A DNA stretch of 64,000 bases. It comes from Haliotis rubra (Eukaryota). Positions 1-12,087 of the stretch are shown piece by piece. How positions within the stretch are numbered: the first letter of the stretch is position 1; each line of letters begins with the position of its first letter. Position numbers and translations under genes: made by a program. The notes beneath the pieces are model-generated. The model saw only the letters and a program-made list of their open reading frames with translations, searched no databases and had not been told where the DNA came from. The stretch is taken from the NCBI RefSeq assembly GCF_003918875.1, contig NW_025767277.1, forward strand, positions 124,001 to 188,000. The letters are read 5' to 3'.

Positions 1-65
1 ATATCACATGGTATATATATGACACGAAAATAACTTTCAAAGAATAGAACAGGTTCAGATGTGTA

Positions 66-943
66 CACTGAACGCCAAAAGAAACGTTACCCTCCTGCCT
101 TAGTGACGGAGGTACCTATCTTCAGCTGGCGTTGTGATGCGTGGACGTCCACTTCTTGGTCTGTCTACGGTGACCCCAGTCTGTCTGAAGCCCAGAATAA
201 GTCTTATAACCGTGTTACGGTGGCATCCGCATACAGCATTGTACGTCGACCCCATCTGCACCATCCCAATGGCTCTTTCTCTCTCTTCAGCTGTTAATCG
301 TGGCATATTTCTCGTACTTGTGTATAATATCATGTATTCTAGGCTCTCTTCATACCATATTGAATCATTCTACATGTGAAATGGGTGCAAATACTGCTTG
401 AATATTGCTGCGTTTTGGCGATTGATATTGCTATGTGTACACAGAAAATGGAAAAATGTTACTTTGCAAGCAAAAATGTTAACAAAGATAAATTTAGATG
501 TTCCTAAACACTTTTTTCACAATACCAAAGACACGTTTTACTTGTTTTCACTAATGCAAAACAGCAGAAAATGTTTTAAAAGACTGGAATCATAGAAATG
601 ATTATTTTACAATTTTACACACTCTACAACAGTTGTTTCTTGTTTTAATAGTTGCAACATGGTGATTTTAAATGGTTTATCTTTGTCTCAAAGCAGAATT
701 ATATTTCAACCTTTCTTTTGGACATCTAAATCACTGTTGTTGGTCGGCATGGACGAAAATAGGAAAATTAAACTCTTCTGAAAAGGATGCATTCCACCTA
801 AATATGAATGCATTTGAGATTATTTTTTTTCATAAAGCTGTGTTGTTAAGCTTTCTTGTAAACTAGTACCTTCTAACATATCTTTGATAGTTTTTCACTA
901 ATTCATAAAGGTAGGAGGGTAACGTTTCTTTTGGCGTGTAGTA
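66..943 (-). mobile_element. Internally deleted Tc1/mariner element retaining only the transposase N-terminus
   Basis: 31-bp TIRs (CACTGAACGCCAAAAGAAACGTTACCCTCCT at 66-96; near-perfect inverse at 913-943) with TA at 64-65 and 944-945. Minus ORF 306-100 (MPRLTAEERERAIGM...DRPRSGRPRITT) is the Tc1 paired-like HTH plus GRPR motif. Confidence 0.9.
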
Positions 944-1285
944 TACTGAGTAACAACAAAGATTCACACCAGGAGAAATGAGTAATGTTGAATTAGGTTG
1001 TACAAGGTAGTTAATGTGGGCTCATACCATAATGGCCAGGTCTAATCTGACGCATCCGACCATTTCAACCATGCGCGGTGCATGCAACACACGCTTTTAT
1101 GAAAACATGACCCCGCACGTGTGTGCACAGGTACTTTATTCCAGTGGTATATTTATACATCTTTCCAACCATGATCGATGTTTTAAAGACACGGTGAATG
1201 AGAGAAAAAACAAACATACAAACAAAATTGCAAAATCCAAACCAACCCCCAAACATATCCTCTTTTATACCCAATGTGATAAGAA

Positions 1286-1435
1286 GCGATGGGGTAGCCT
1301 AATGATTAAGGTGTTTGGTCGTCACGCCGAAGATCCGGGATCGATTCCATAATGATAATGTGATACGTCGGTCTCTGGTTCCAATGCAGTGATATTACTG
1401 AATTTCCCAAAGCGGCGTAAAATCACCCTCACTCA
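1286..1435 (+). mobile_element. tRNA-derived SINE family A, degenerate copy
   Basis: GGGGTAGCCTA..GTCACGCCGAAGA..CGATTCC head and GCGGCGTAAAA..CTCACTCAC tail; matches the better copies elsewhere in the window. Confidence 0.7.
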
Positions 1436-2647
1436 CGTGATTTTCAACAGCAGCAGCCCCGAGTACACGGCCAATGTAAATAATCATCCTTTACATACTG
1501 TGTGTACCTCTCATTCTGGCAACAGCGGTCACGATAAATACGCTTAACCGCTCTATAACGAGGTGAACAGAAGGCTCGTTCCTTGACGAACAGTGGACAT
1601 AGGAACCCAGCGTACGGCTGATGCTATGTCCATCCACAAGTGTCACCGTGTATCAGTATCGATCATATTAACAGTATCAACATCAACAGTTCAACACCGA
1701 GCTAACTTTTAATATAATACAGGTCTATTTTTGAGACTACATTTCCAACGTTATACAAATACGATACAGTCGACACATGAATGAAACACTTCACCGGGAG
1801 GATGTTTGACGTTGTGCGTGAGTGATTTGTCACGCTGCACATGTACGTCACTTTATGTAAATACACGGTATAGTGAAGCAATCAGTGAGCTTTCATAGTG
1901 AAACAGGCCTCAAATACGAAACAGGGAGAAATAATACCCCGTTATAACGCTACTCCTCATATTCAGTATCAAGGAATATTTTGTCATAACTGTCACCGAG
2001 AACTGTCGTCACCCACCTGACTGCCAAGACTCGCCCCTCCCTCCGTCACTTCGTCTGCTCCATCGTCCCCGTCTCACCTGCACGGTCTGCGTGGTCGGCC
2101 CTGCTGCGTCTGAGCAAAACGTTTCGACATTTCCGGAAACTGTGTTCTCGGTCACCCCTCTCCCGGCTGTTCAACAAACGTAAACTTTACAGTGCGATTC
2201 TCCACGGGTGACACGCCCTCGGTTTTGTTGACTGTTATTTTGAAAGTTTCAAGTAAGTACACACAGCAAAGTATCTTTTTTCTCATCACAAACCAACCGT
2301 GGTCATGCACGTGAACCAGTTATGCGGGTTACCAGTTATAACATGGCATGTCGGCTATGTCGGAAGTGCGGCAGTCACACATGGTTGCCACTGTGGTCAA
2401 ACTCATTAGCATAGTGCTCATACCTAGAAACATAATCGGGCCGGGATTCGAAGCAACCCGTCATAGGATTCTGGAGTGCCCAAGGGGCGCAATTCTGACG
2501 TGTGTATATGGTCAGGCAAACTCTCTACCTCTGATTAATGACGTCACTCTCCTGAAGAAATCACGTTCTGCACAGACCTCGCTGAGATGATCTTTTGGCT
2601 GCGTTCAGGCGACATTTCTAGCATGTTTTCGGTTTAGATGTGTAAAG

Positions 2648-2848
2648 AGTGAGTGAGTGAGTTTAGTTTCACGCCGCACTCAGCAATATTGCAGCTATTT
2701 GGCGGCGGTCTGTAAATAATCGAGTCTGGATCAGACAATCCAGTGATCAACAGCATGAGTATCGATCGGCGCAACTGGGATACGATGACATGTGTCATCC
2801 AAGTCAGCGAGCCTGACCACCGATCGCATCTAAAGGGACAAGCAAGGG
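2648..2848 (-). mobile_element. SINE family B copy
   Basis: Reverse of the 16678-16905 element (GACTCGATTATTTACAGACCGCCGCC...GCTGAGTGCGGCG); (ACTC)n tail. Confidence 0.8.
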
Positions 2849-3032
2849 TTGTTGGTATGTTGGTATGTCTGTCATACATACACGCGCACGCACGCACTCA
2901 CTCATACACGCACGCACGCACGCACGCACGCAGGCAGGCACGGACACTGTGAAATAGATCGCATTCCGCGATGGACGAGTATCCTCGGGTTTTACATTCA
3001 CTAACGGAAACACTTAAGCGCGTTTCACATAA

Positions 3033-3210
3033 GTGAGTGAGTGTGTGAGTGAGTGAATTTAACTTTACGCCGCTTTTAGCAATATTCCAGTAATATCACG
3101 GTGGGGAACACCAAAAATGGGCTTCACACATTGTACCCATGTGGGAAATCGAACCCGGGTCTTGGGCGTGACGAGCTAACGCTTTAACTACTAGGCTACC
3201 CCACCGCCCC
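3033..3210 (-). mobile_element. SINE family A, full length with TSD
   Basis: A box TAGCCTAGTAG and B box GGTTCGATTTCC on the minus strand, (ACTC)n tail, 12-bp TSD CGTTTCACATAA (3021-3032 and 3211-3222). Confidence 0.9.
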
Positions 3211-3825
3211 CGTTTCACATAAAGTGGCGTAAATGTTATGTATCTGTAAGTAACTAAATTTGATTTATTATAACACGTTCACTGATGGAACCTGGGCCCG
3301 GTTACAGGAGACAGGGCGACTTGACCTAAAATAGCGGTGTTGGAACAACTCAACTTACAATAACAACACCGGCTGTGTCACCATTTCCGTTAACAACGGC
3401 AACGACAGCGCTTATAACACAGATTTCGCACATCCCAAATCGTCCGGACCGAAGAACAAGGGTACCCGGTAGTTCTGAGGAAGGTGCGTCAAACCGGGTG
3501 TTGGCTGGGATTAAACCAGAAGACAAGTGACCTTCCAATGACGAATACTTCCACAATTTTACCTCCTGGATATAAGAGGGTCATATATTTCCCTCCTCTT
3601 CAACCTTCACTTTGAAGTCGAAAACAATTCAAAATAAATTACACACACAAATACACTTCACAGTTTCAAATTTCCTGTTTTTTTTATACCATCCACCATC
3701 ACCTGAGACAAAGTAAAAGTGCTGAAAACGACGTTTCAACATAAGGTACATCGTATATGATTAGCACTCTCCCAGATATGTTTGAAAAAAGGATATTACT
3801 AGTTCAAGCTGCTTTCCATAATACA

Positions 3826-3923
3826 CTGACTGACTGAGTTTGGTTTTACGCCGCTTTTAGCAATATTCCTGCAACATCACGGCGTGGGACACCAGAAATG
3901 GGCTTCACACATTGTACCCATGT
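3826..3923 (-). mobile_element. SINE family A, 5'-truncated
   Basis: 3' half of the family A sequence with (AGTC)n tail. Confidence 0.8.
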
Positions 3924-4172
3924 GATTCCATAACAGAAGCATCCACAATTGCATGACTAATTTTACCAAGGCTGACAATTCTTTTTATTTGAACGAATTA
4001 CGATTTAATTCGATGGATTGTATTGAAAACATACACCAAATCACGAAATCATTGAAGATATTTAATCAGATCCACTTTGGCTAAACCATCAATCAAATGA
4101 CCAAAACAAAACTGAATGACAATACAAAGTAAACACCTGGTTCTTTGGGATTATTTTAAAATACACAACGTA

Positions 4173-4388
4173 TCGTATTTCCTCTACTCAGCGCCTGGTC
4201 TCCAATAAGCGCCGGGTTCTCCCTCGATCCAAACTTTGACGTAAAGCTCACTAGCAACTAATTACGGTACACCCAGTAAGCGCAATAAGCGCCGGGTCTC
4301 CAATCAGCGCCTGGCCTCCAATAAAAGCGCCTGGTCTGGAAGTCCGTTGAAAAAATAAGCGCCAGGGCGCCTATTAGTGGAAATACGG
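4173..4388. mobile_element. pogo/Tc1-type MITE
   Basis: Imperfect TIRs (T/C)CGTATTTCC.CTA...GCGCC, TA on both flanks, internal AATAAGCGCC subrepeats. Confidence 0.75.
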
Positions 4389-5329
4389 TATTTTGATAAG
4401 TGTCCTGTTATCGAAACACCATGGATATCGTACCCAACTGAGACGCTGCGAGCGTCTCACGTTTATGGTCTTGAAGAGACGATTCGGCCGTTTCCGTTTC
4501 TTCTGATTCGCCGGGGTTGTCAGTCTTAGTCTTCCAGTTATATGGAGCGGTGTCGGGTATTACAGAACAAGAGGCTACTGTCGAACAAACGTCCCCTGTA
4601 TAGTGTTCTCAACTTGCTGGCCGTGACAACTTTCTGTAAGCCTTTAACTTGAGAGCTTCCAGAGTATCTTCCAGCAAAACTGTCGTTTAACATAGACAAT
4701 ATATGTCGAAACACGAAGGAAAGAAAAAGACAAAGAACGGACATCACATACAAATTATATGCGTTTATGGGCGATGAGAGGACCAAGCCAACAGGTCTGT
4801 TCAAAACAGCAATATCTCCTTGTAAAAAGGTAACATCATGTCGTACAGCACACACATTTAGACAATAATGCAATGTTTTGCTGGCCATGTATGGATTGTA
4901 CAGTGCGAAATATATTAAAAGACCTACAATCAATTGATGTTATCATTATTTCAATTATAATCTCACGGAAAAGGTCTGTGTCTGATCTGTGTGAGCTGTT
5001 CAACTAAAACTACAGGGTTCCAAGAAGTATCTTGAAAAACTTCTTCCATGCGTGACTCTATTGCAGGCTACAGTGATTATGTCGACGCTGCTGTATCGTG
5101 TGTATTGTCAGCAATGGGGATATTTAGATATATATTCACTTCACCTTCCTCAGGGGAATATACAAAACTCTCCGGTAAAATACCTCCCCCAAAGTGCCGG
5201 CGATACTCATCACGTGATTTCAAGTTAACAAATCGCTCTAGACCAAGGCTGGAGAAATCAGATCACCGTCCTACGAATAAATCGTCAGATGGGAAGTCCT
5301 GTCCTATTGCCGTATGGGTTGGTGGGTTT

Positions 5330-5551
5330 TCTGTTTAATGACGCACTCAGCACGATTCCAGCTTTATGTCGGCGGTCTGTAAATAATCGAGCCTGGACCA
5401 GACAACACAGTGATCATCATCATGAGCATCGATCTGCACAACTGGGATGAAATGACATGTGTCAACCAAGACAGCGAGCCTGACCACCGATCGCATCTAA
5501 AGGGACAAGCAAGGGTTGCTAGAGACCAATTCTAACCCGCATCTTCACAGG
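5330..5551 (-). mobile_element. SINE family B copy
   Basis: Same sequence family as 2648-2848 and 16678-16905. Confidence 0.8.
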
Positions 5552-5612
5552 TATTTCGTATTTTGTGGAATATCTTCAGGTGTTAAACAATAAAAAAATA
5601 CAGAGATTATAT

Positions 5613-5970
5613 GGCCGCCTCCGTGGTGTAGTGGTTAGAGCGTCCGCCCGGAGAGCGGAAGGTCGCGGGTTCGATACCCGACCGCGTCATACCAAAAGAC
5701 GTTAAAATATGGTACTTGTTGGTTCCTGCCTGGCGCTTGGTATTAATGGGTACAACAAGGACTGGTCGGCTCGGAGTCAGTATAATGTGTCTGAGTGGGG
5801 TATTCATGCTTCACTGCGGCATGGTATCTCAGTGAGCTAGCACTATAAAACCAGCTAAAGTCTGGGCTAGTACAAGCAGCCGCACATACACATACACGCA
5901 TGCACGTCGTCATATGAGCGAAATATTCTCAAGCATGACGTTAAACCCAATTTCACCTCACCTCACCTCA
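5613..5970 (+). mobile_element. tRNA-derived SINE family C (Meta/MESC-domain-like), full length
   Basis: tRNA-like head (TGGTGTAGTGG ... GGTTCGATACC), central CGTCATACCAAAAGAC...CAGTGAGCTAGCACTATAAAA, (CACCT)n tail, 16-bp TSD ACAGAGATTATATGGC (5600-5615 and 5970-5985). A degenerate relative lies at about 11640-11770. Confidence 0.85.
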
Positions 5971-7414
5971 CAGAGATTATATGGCTGATATCCCTGGAAA
6001 CTAAAGTCTGGATAAATTAGAACTGACCTGAACGTTGTCATAGATCATCTAACGTAAACATAGGCTATATGCTAAGAAATGATATAATTAGACATGATAG
6101 GAACATTTATGAAAAGATATTTTTGAAGAAGTGAAAAAAACATTTCAAAAGTGTTTCAATTCAAGCGTGAAGTCGACGGGGGATTCAGTAAACACTGAGG
6201 TAGATGGAGCAGGTTGGGTTACCCCCTCACAGCCCAGGGAAAGGGAGTGATGGAGTCTTGCCGCCAGTCTATGTACCCAAACTTCCCGTTATGTTTTTGC
6301 TTACTGGGACAACACGTACAGAGGCACCGGTCGTGCACACGACACATGGGAGCCATGCTCTCTTCGTGGGCGTTCCTACTCCATCGCGTTATAACGGGGT
6401 ATCAGCGGTATCGGGATCTTTCCGGGGCACTCGGCCGTCTCATCTATGCCTGTGAGTGACAGTCTGCAGGGGACAGAACGTCAGGGAGGCAGGGTAAGGT
6501 GAAGATGAACTCACTGTTGTGCAACACTCAATAAGTAGTAAGTATTTCATTACAGCTAATATCAATTTCCAAAATCTGGGAAGAAACATAGATATCACTG
6601 CATGTAGGTATTTAAGATGTTTAGCATGAAAAGCAACCACGAAGCTTGTTTGTCACTTTTTAGACATGTAGTTATTCTTTTTAACCACCTTGATTATTTT
6701 TAGCTGTATGTAATAACAGCTGCTTCTAGATATGTAGGTTTACTCCTAACTGAGCGTCACGGGTTGACATGGGCGGTTTAAATGCCCTGTGTTTACATTA
6801 GTGTGTCTCGTACAGATATACTTATGTATATGATATACGTATACAACTTTGTAAAACCGATGTATATATAGAGTATATTACTAGTATATGAGTGCCCATG
6901 TCATACTATACTTTACTACACGAGTGCCTAAATGTTGGTATTTCCCGAGCGAGAGCAAGAGGGATATACCGAGATGTAGGCACGAGTGTCGCAAACGTAG
7001 TATCATATGGGCACGAACATAATATTCTGTTTATTACCGAAGTCGTCAAATTGAGAAAAATAAACCCAAATCTACTTTCAAACATAGTCTGGCTACCAGC
7101 CGATGCCCTAGGGCATCGTATGAAAAATATGAACCCCGATATGTTCGCCATCGTAGGTAATAAGTCTAAGTATGATACAGTCAAACACTGGCGAACGTTG
7201 ATGTGTCGATCTGTTTCGAGTTTTGAGTATAAGCTTGGTCCCTGCGAATTCCTTATTTAGTGATTATTTTGCGATGTGTCAATCCCTGGAAAACTCGAAA
7301 GTATCTTGTCAAGATAGGTATATGCTTGTATATATGATGCATGGATTTTTAAAAACCCCAATGAGTGTATACTTGTATGCATATGGTATATGTATCTTCT
7401 TTTTAAAGAAACGA

Positions 7415-8283
7415 TGGGTATATGCTTGTATATATGATATATGCACCTTCTTTTGACACAATAGGTATATGCTTGTATATATGATATATGCACCTTCTTT
7501 TGACACAATAGGTATATGCTTGTATATATGATATATGCACCTTCTTTTGACACAATAGGTATATGCTTGTATATATGATATATGCACCTTCTTTTGACAC
7601 AAGAGGTATATGCTTGTATATATGATATATGCACCTTCTTTTGACACAATAGGTATATGCTTGTATATATGATATATGCACCTTCTTTTGACACAAGAGG
7701 TATATGCTTGTATATATGATATATACACCTTCTTTTGACACAGTAGGTATATGCTTGTATATATGATATATGCATCTTCTTTTGACACAATAGGTATATG
7801 CTTGTATATATGATATATGCATCTTCTTTTGACACAATAGGTATATGCTTGTATATATGATATATGCACCTTCTTTTGACACAATAGGTATATGCTTGTA
7901 TATATGATATATGCATCTTCTTTTGACACAATAGGTATATGCTTGTATATATGATAAATGCATCTTCTTTTGACACAATAGGTATATGCTTGTATATATG
8001 ATAAATGCATCTTCTTTTGACACAATAGGTATATGCTTGTATATATGATAAATGCATCTTCTTTTGACACAATAGGTATATGCTTGTATGTATGATAAAT
8101 GCATCTTCTTTTGACACAATGGGTATATGCTTGTATATATGATAAATGCACCTTCTTTTGACACAATAGGTATATGCTTGTATATATGATATATGCATCT
8201 TCTTTTGACACAATAGGTATATGCTTGTATATATGATATATGCACCTTCTTTTGACACAATAGGTATATGCTTGTATGTATGA
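7415..8283. repeat. 47-bp tandem minisatellite, about 18 copies
   Basis: Unit GACACAATAGGTATATGCTTGTATATATGATATATGCACCTTCTTTT; accounts for the three overlapping minus-strand ORFs. Confidence 0.95.
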
Positions 8284-8694
8284 CTTTTATCTTGTTTACA
8301 GGCTATATGAATAATCTAAAGACACACACATGTATTTTGTGATTACTTTTGTATATGACAATATTCTTCTGGCTGGACACTAACTTATGTCTGTTATTCC
8401 GACTGCTTGTCTTGGTGAGATACTGTTCATATATACCGAGTACCAGGCGCGGCCCCCACACACAGTAGTAACAGGTTCTGCATGATGCGCCCAGATCGTG
8501 TATAACTGAGATTTACCTCAGGTAACGTCAATATGTGACTTTGCATTTCGTCACTGTTTTCATTATTGTGCTAATGTATAGCGTAGTTCAAGATCACGGA
8601 TACACTGTCTCCCACATCATCCCCCTTCCGCCCAACCCCCTCTGCTATACAAAAGTCCCAGCTGAAGCAAGTCAAGATTTCCCTACGTCAATCT

Positions 8695-8858
8695 GTTCCC
8701 CACAGCAGTGCCAGGAGCTTCTGTTAGTGGGTTCCAATCCCTACCCAGTTGAAGGTTTCCAGGTTGGTCTGCGATCCATCCGGGATTCGAACCCACACAC
8801 TAGATCTCGGAGCACCCAATCGTCAGCATACGACGTCAGAGATCTAACCCACTCCGCC
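8695..8858 (-). mobile_element. tRNA-derived SINE-like fragment with long A-to-B box spacing
   Basis: Minus strand GGCGGAGTGGGTTAG...GGTTCGAATCCC followed by a non-tRNA body. Confidence 0.55.
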
Positions 8859-9097
8859 GCTGATATTGCCGCGATAAGGTACTTCAGCCGGAGAGTGCGG
8901 GTTTGAATCCCGAATAGGATGTCCAAATATGCCAGCAATATTACAGATTCCCTCGCACTTTACTGAGTTTGAATTCCTTTAGAATTTTGATAAAAAACAA
9001 TATAAAGTTTGCCCAATTTCTAAAATGCTTCATGTCCAAATATACCAGCAATATTACAGTTTCCCTCGCACTTCACTCATTCTGTTGCACTATTCAA

Positions 9098-9411
9098 ATG
9101 CACGCGCGCGCGCGCGCACGCACACGCACACACACAAACAACAACAAGCAAAACACACACAAAAAACCGGGCACACACACAAAACACACACACACGCGCG
9201 CGCACGCACGCACGCACACACACACACACAAACAACAAGCAAAACACAAAAAAACCGCGCACACACACAAAACACACACACACACGCGCGCGCGCGCGCG
9301 CACACACACACACAAACAACAACAAACAAAACACACAAAAACACGCGCGCACACACACAAGTGTGCACGCACGCACGCACACACACACATACACGCACGC
9401 ACGCACACACA
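9098..9411. repeat. Compound (CA)/(CG)/(CACG) microsatellite
   Basis: Directly visible low-complexity tract. Confidence 0.95.
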
Positions 9412-10096
9412 TTGACATATACACCATTGTAAGGCTATGGTGACTGTGGGACCAGGGGTTGACATGTCGAGCTGCTGTAGTTCCATACCCCATCTTCCCG
9501 CGAGTGTTCCTCTTCCTCATCTCCCTTGCATGTCACATACCCAAGGTCAGAGGTGTTCCTAGAGAGCAACTTGTAGTATCTGTTGTGAGACTCGCCAGTC
9601 ACGTATGTGCATGACAAATGCTCACAGCAACGTCCCGTAGTTCTGAGCGTGACAAACACGAATAATGACGTCACGGAGATATGATATATCGGATATGAAA
9701 TGTCTCAGATATAATGTTGCAGTTCGGATACTGAGTATTAGTTTCCAGAATTATGAATGTCAATTTTTGTAATGTTAGGAACACGACTTTTCAGGGCATA
9801 TTCTTACTCCTTTACCAGGTGAATAAAAGTTAGGAAGCTGATAGCTTTGTATTTATATGTGAAACAACAAACGTGATAAGATGATAAGATGACAAAGGTG
9901 CACACGTAGTTGTTAAGTGGCGCTGATTGATAATGGCACAGGACAAACAGTTGCCAGGGGCAACTCCATGTATATGTAGTGTTAATATGTGAAGACAGCA
10001 GTTAGGGTAAACAAGCACTAATCCGGTAATGGACAAATAGGTAATTTGCAAGTCCCAGACAGACATGTCCCCTGGTCATAGTTGATGGCCGGATGG

Positions 10097-10447
10097 TAGG
10101 GCTGGCTTACCCGGATACCCGGGACGGGTGGGTACAGAGTTGGACCCGGGTACCCGTCTCAATACCCAGACCCGTTGCGATCATGTGACTAATAGATTAA
10201 AGAATGTTATATGATACTCTTTCATGATTAATAGGTTGTATTGTCTTTGGAGATTTAGACATAATTACAGTCATTTCTTTTGAATATACATGGTTACGGT
10301 ATTGAAAAACTCGAAATTTTAGGCTCCGAACAGAAGCATATGTTGCCATTTCTTACAAATTCGATGTCAGGAATTAACATAACGGATAGGGTAGGGTAGT
10401 AGGGGCTGCAGTACCCGGGTAGAAAATTTGGATCCGTCCCAGTCCTA
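10097..10447. mobile_element. hAT-like MITE
   Basis: Termini TAGGGCTGG...CCAGTCCTA, 8-bp TSD CCGGATGG/CTGGATGG (7 of 8), internal ACCCG subterminal motifs. Confidence 0.75.
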
Positions 10448-11938
10448 CTGGATGGTATCTCCTGATGTCTCTTGTAGCTTTCTTTGACTCAAGTTGTTTC
10501 TGGAGGACAGGCCTCTAGTGACGTCCCCCACGATGCGCCACAGACATCAGGACATTCCTCACGTTGGCGATAACACGATGTAGCCCAGGAACAGTAATCA
10601 CAAAGCTAATAAGAGATATATTGGCATAGATAAATAAAAGAAAAAGCTAACACATGTTATTATTATTATTATTATTATTTTTTTAAAACTTAAACATACA
10701 CCTGTGTAAAATTACGTCATATTTGTTAAACATACCTATCCTCTTTTGAATGTAGTATACATGTAAGAGTTAAAGATGGGACATGATTTTACGAAGCACT
10801 TGGTGACACTGGCCTTGATATATCGGATCCAAATGACGCGAACCCCTGGTAAATAAACGATGTACGTAAATGTGAAAGATGGGAATCGGGGCAGTCATGG
10901 CTATGTCTTTCAACATGGTTTAACATTACATATGAACACCAACGGCCCCGGTAAAATACGAGGGTCTATTGAGAAGAAGGGTTGTGTCGTGGTGAAATAG
11001 TTTTGTGTTGCCATTGTTCAAGAATCTGCCGAAAATTACCCACCCCGAAACAGATCGTTCTGCCTAACATCAACGACATGAAATCACTCATTTGTCCACT
11101 CCACGCTCTGTTGCGCCTGTCAAGGATGCCTAAAGTACACGCTGATTCATCAGAAAACTTGGTTAAGATTGGTTTTGCTTGCTGAAGGTTGGTGTTCAAA
11201 ACATAAAGGAGATCCACAGACTAGTGCGCTCTGATGAAGTAAAAATGTGAGCATTTGTGTTGTCAATGGACGGCGTGCGTGAGAAAGTGAACTAGGTTGA
11301 GATGGGAACTCGGGGTGATATTTACAGAGGACTGACTGGTCAACTTAATTATGGTAGGTAGCTGACGGTTCGGTGGACACCAAAGGGATGGCTAGTTATG
11401 TATGAGTTTTCAGATGAAGTATTCACAATGGACATTGGGCTTGTCACCGGCACATTTACTGAGTGTGTGTACTGTAACCACGATATAGCTGTTCAATTAC
11501 ATATGACAAGAAGTATTCCTGTGTCAGGAGCGAACGTTTTCTGTGGGAGAAGAGAAATATTATTATCATGAAATGTCAAGAATGTTAAACTGTGCATACC
11601 AAATGATCATGATTTGTTCTATTACAAACCGTCTCATGGTCTGTTGGGTAGAGCGCCCATCCCGAGAGTTGAGGTGTTTGGCGCTCGACTTGTAGTGGAT
11701 AAGAACCCCGATTATCACGAGTAGGGTATTCATGATAAACTGCGACATGGTATCTCAGTGAGGTAGCTAACTTGTCTAAGTTCAGATCTCACACATCTCG
11801 TACGTGCATGTTCCTTGATCTGTTAGTAGGATAACCCTGCACGCCAAGTCCAACCCAAGTCCAACTCCCTCACTCACCATCTCACTACACCTTGTAAAAC
11901 TATCCAGATCATGATGATCAAGTTTTATATGTGCAGAG

Positions 11939-12087
11939 AGGCGGGGTAGCCAAGTGGGTAAAGCATTCGCTCGTTGGTTCCCCACATGGGTCCAATGTGA
12001 TGCTTATCTGGTGCTCCCGCCGTCATATTGCTGGAATATTTTGCAAAATGCTAAAAGCGGCGTAAAACCATACTCACTCACTCACTC
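11939..12087 (+). mobile_element. SINE family A copy with internal deletion
   Basis: Family A head and ...GCTAAAAGCGGCGTAAAACCATACTCACTC tail. Confidence 0.8.

Noticed and set aside
3350-3566. Minus-strand AG/GT-bounded open segment
   Set aside because: No recognisable protein and no partner exons.
4542-5173. Exon-like blocks (4542-4635, 5068-5173) as an alternative GCNT N-terminus
   Set aside because: An in-frame TAA just upstream of the 15610 ATG prevents extension, and no homology is recognisable. They could at most be UTR or non-coding exons.
5613-5685. Possible tRNA gene
   Set aside because: It continues into a SINE body and tail bounded by a TSD. The same holds for the family A heads.
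6204-6495. GC-richer overlapping ORFs
   Set aside because: No recognisable motif, and stops occur in the plausible frames.
6892-7260. 122-aa ORF with CACGAGTG inverted motifs
   Set aside because: Looks like an unclassified interspersed repeat; ends and family cannot be defined.
7257-8260. Three long minus-strand ORFs (285-333 aa)
   Set aside because: They are translations of a 47-bp tandem repeat that lacks stops on that strand.
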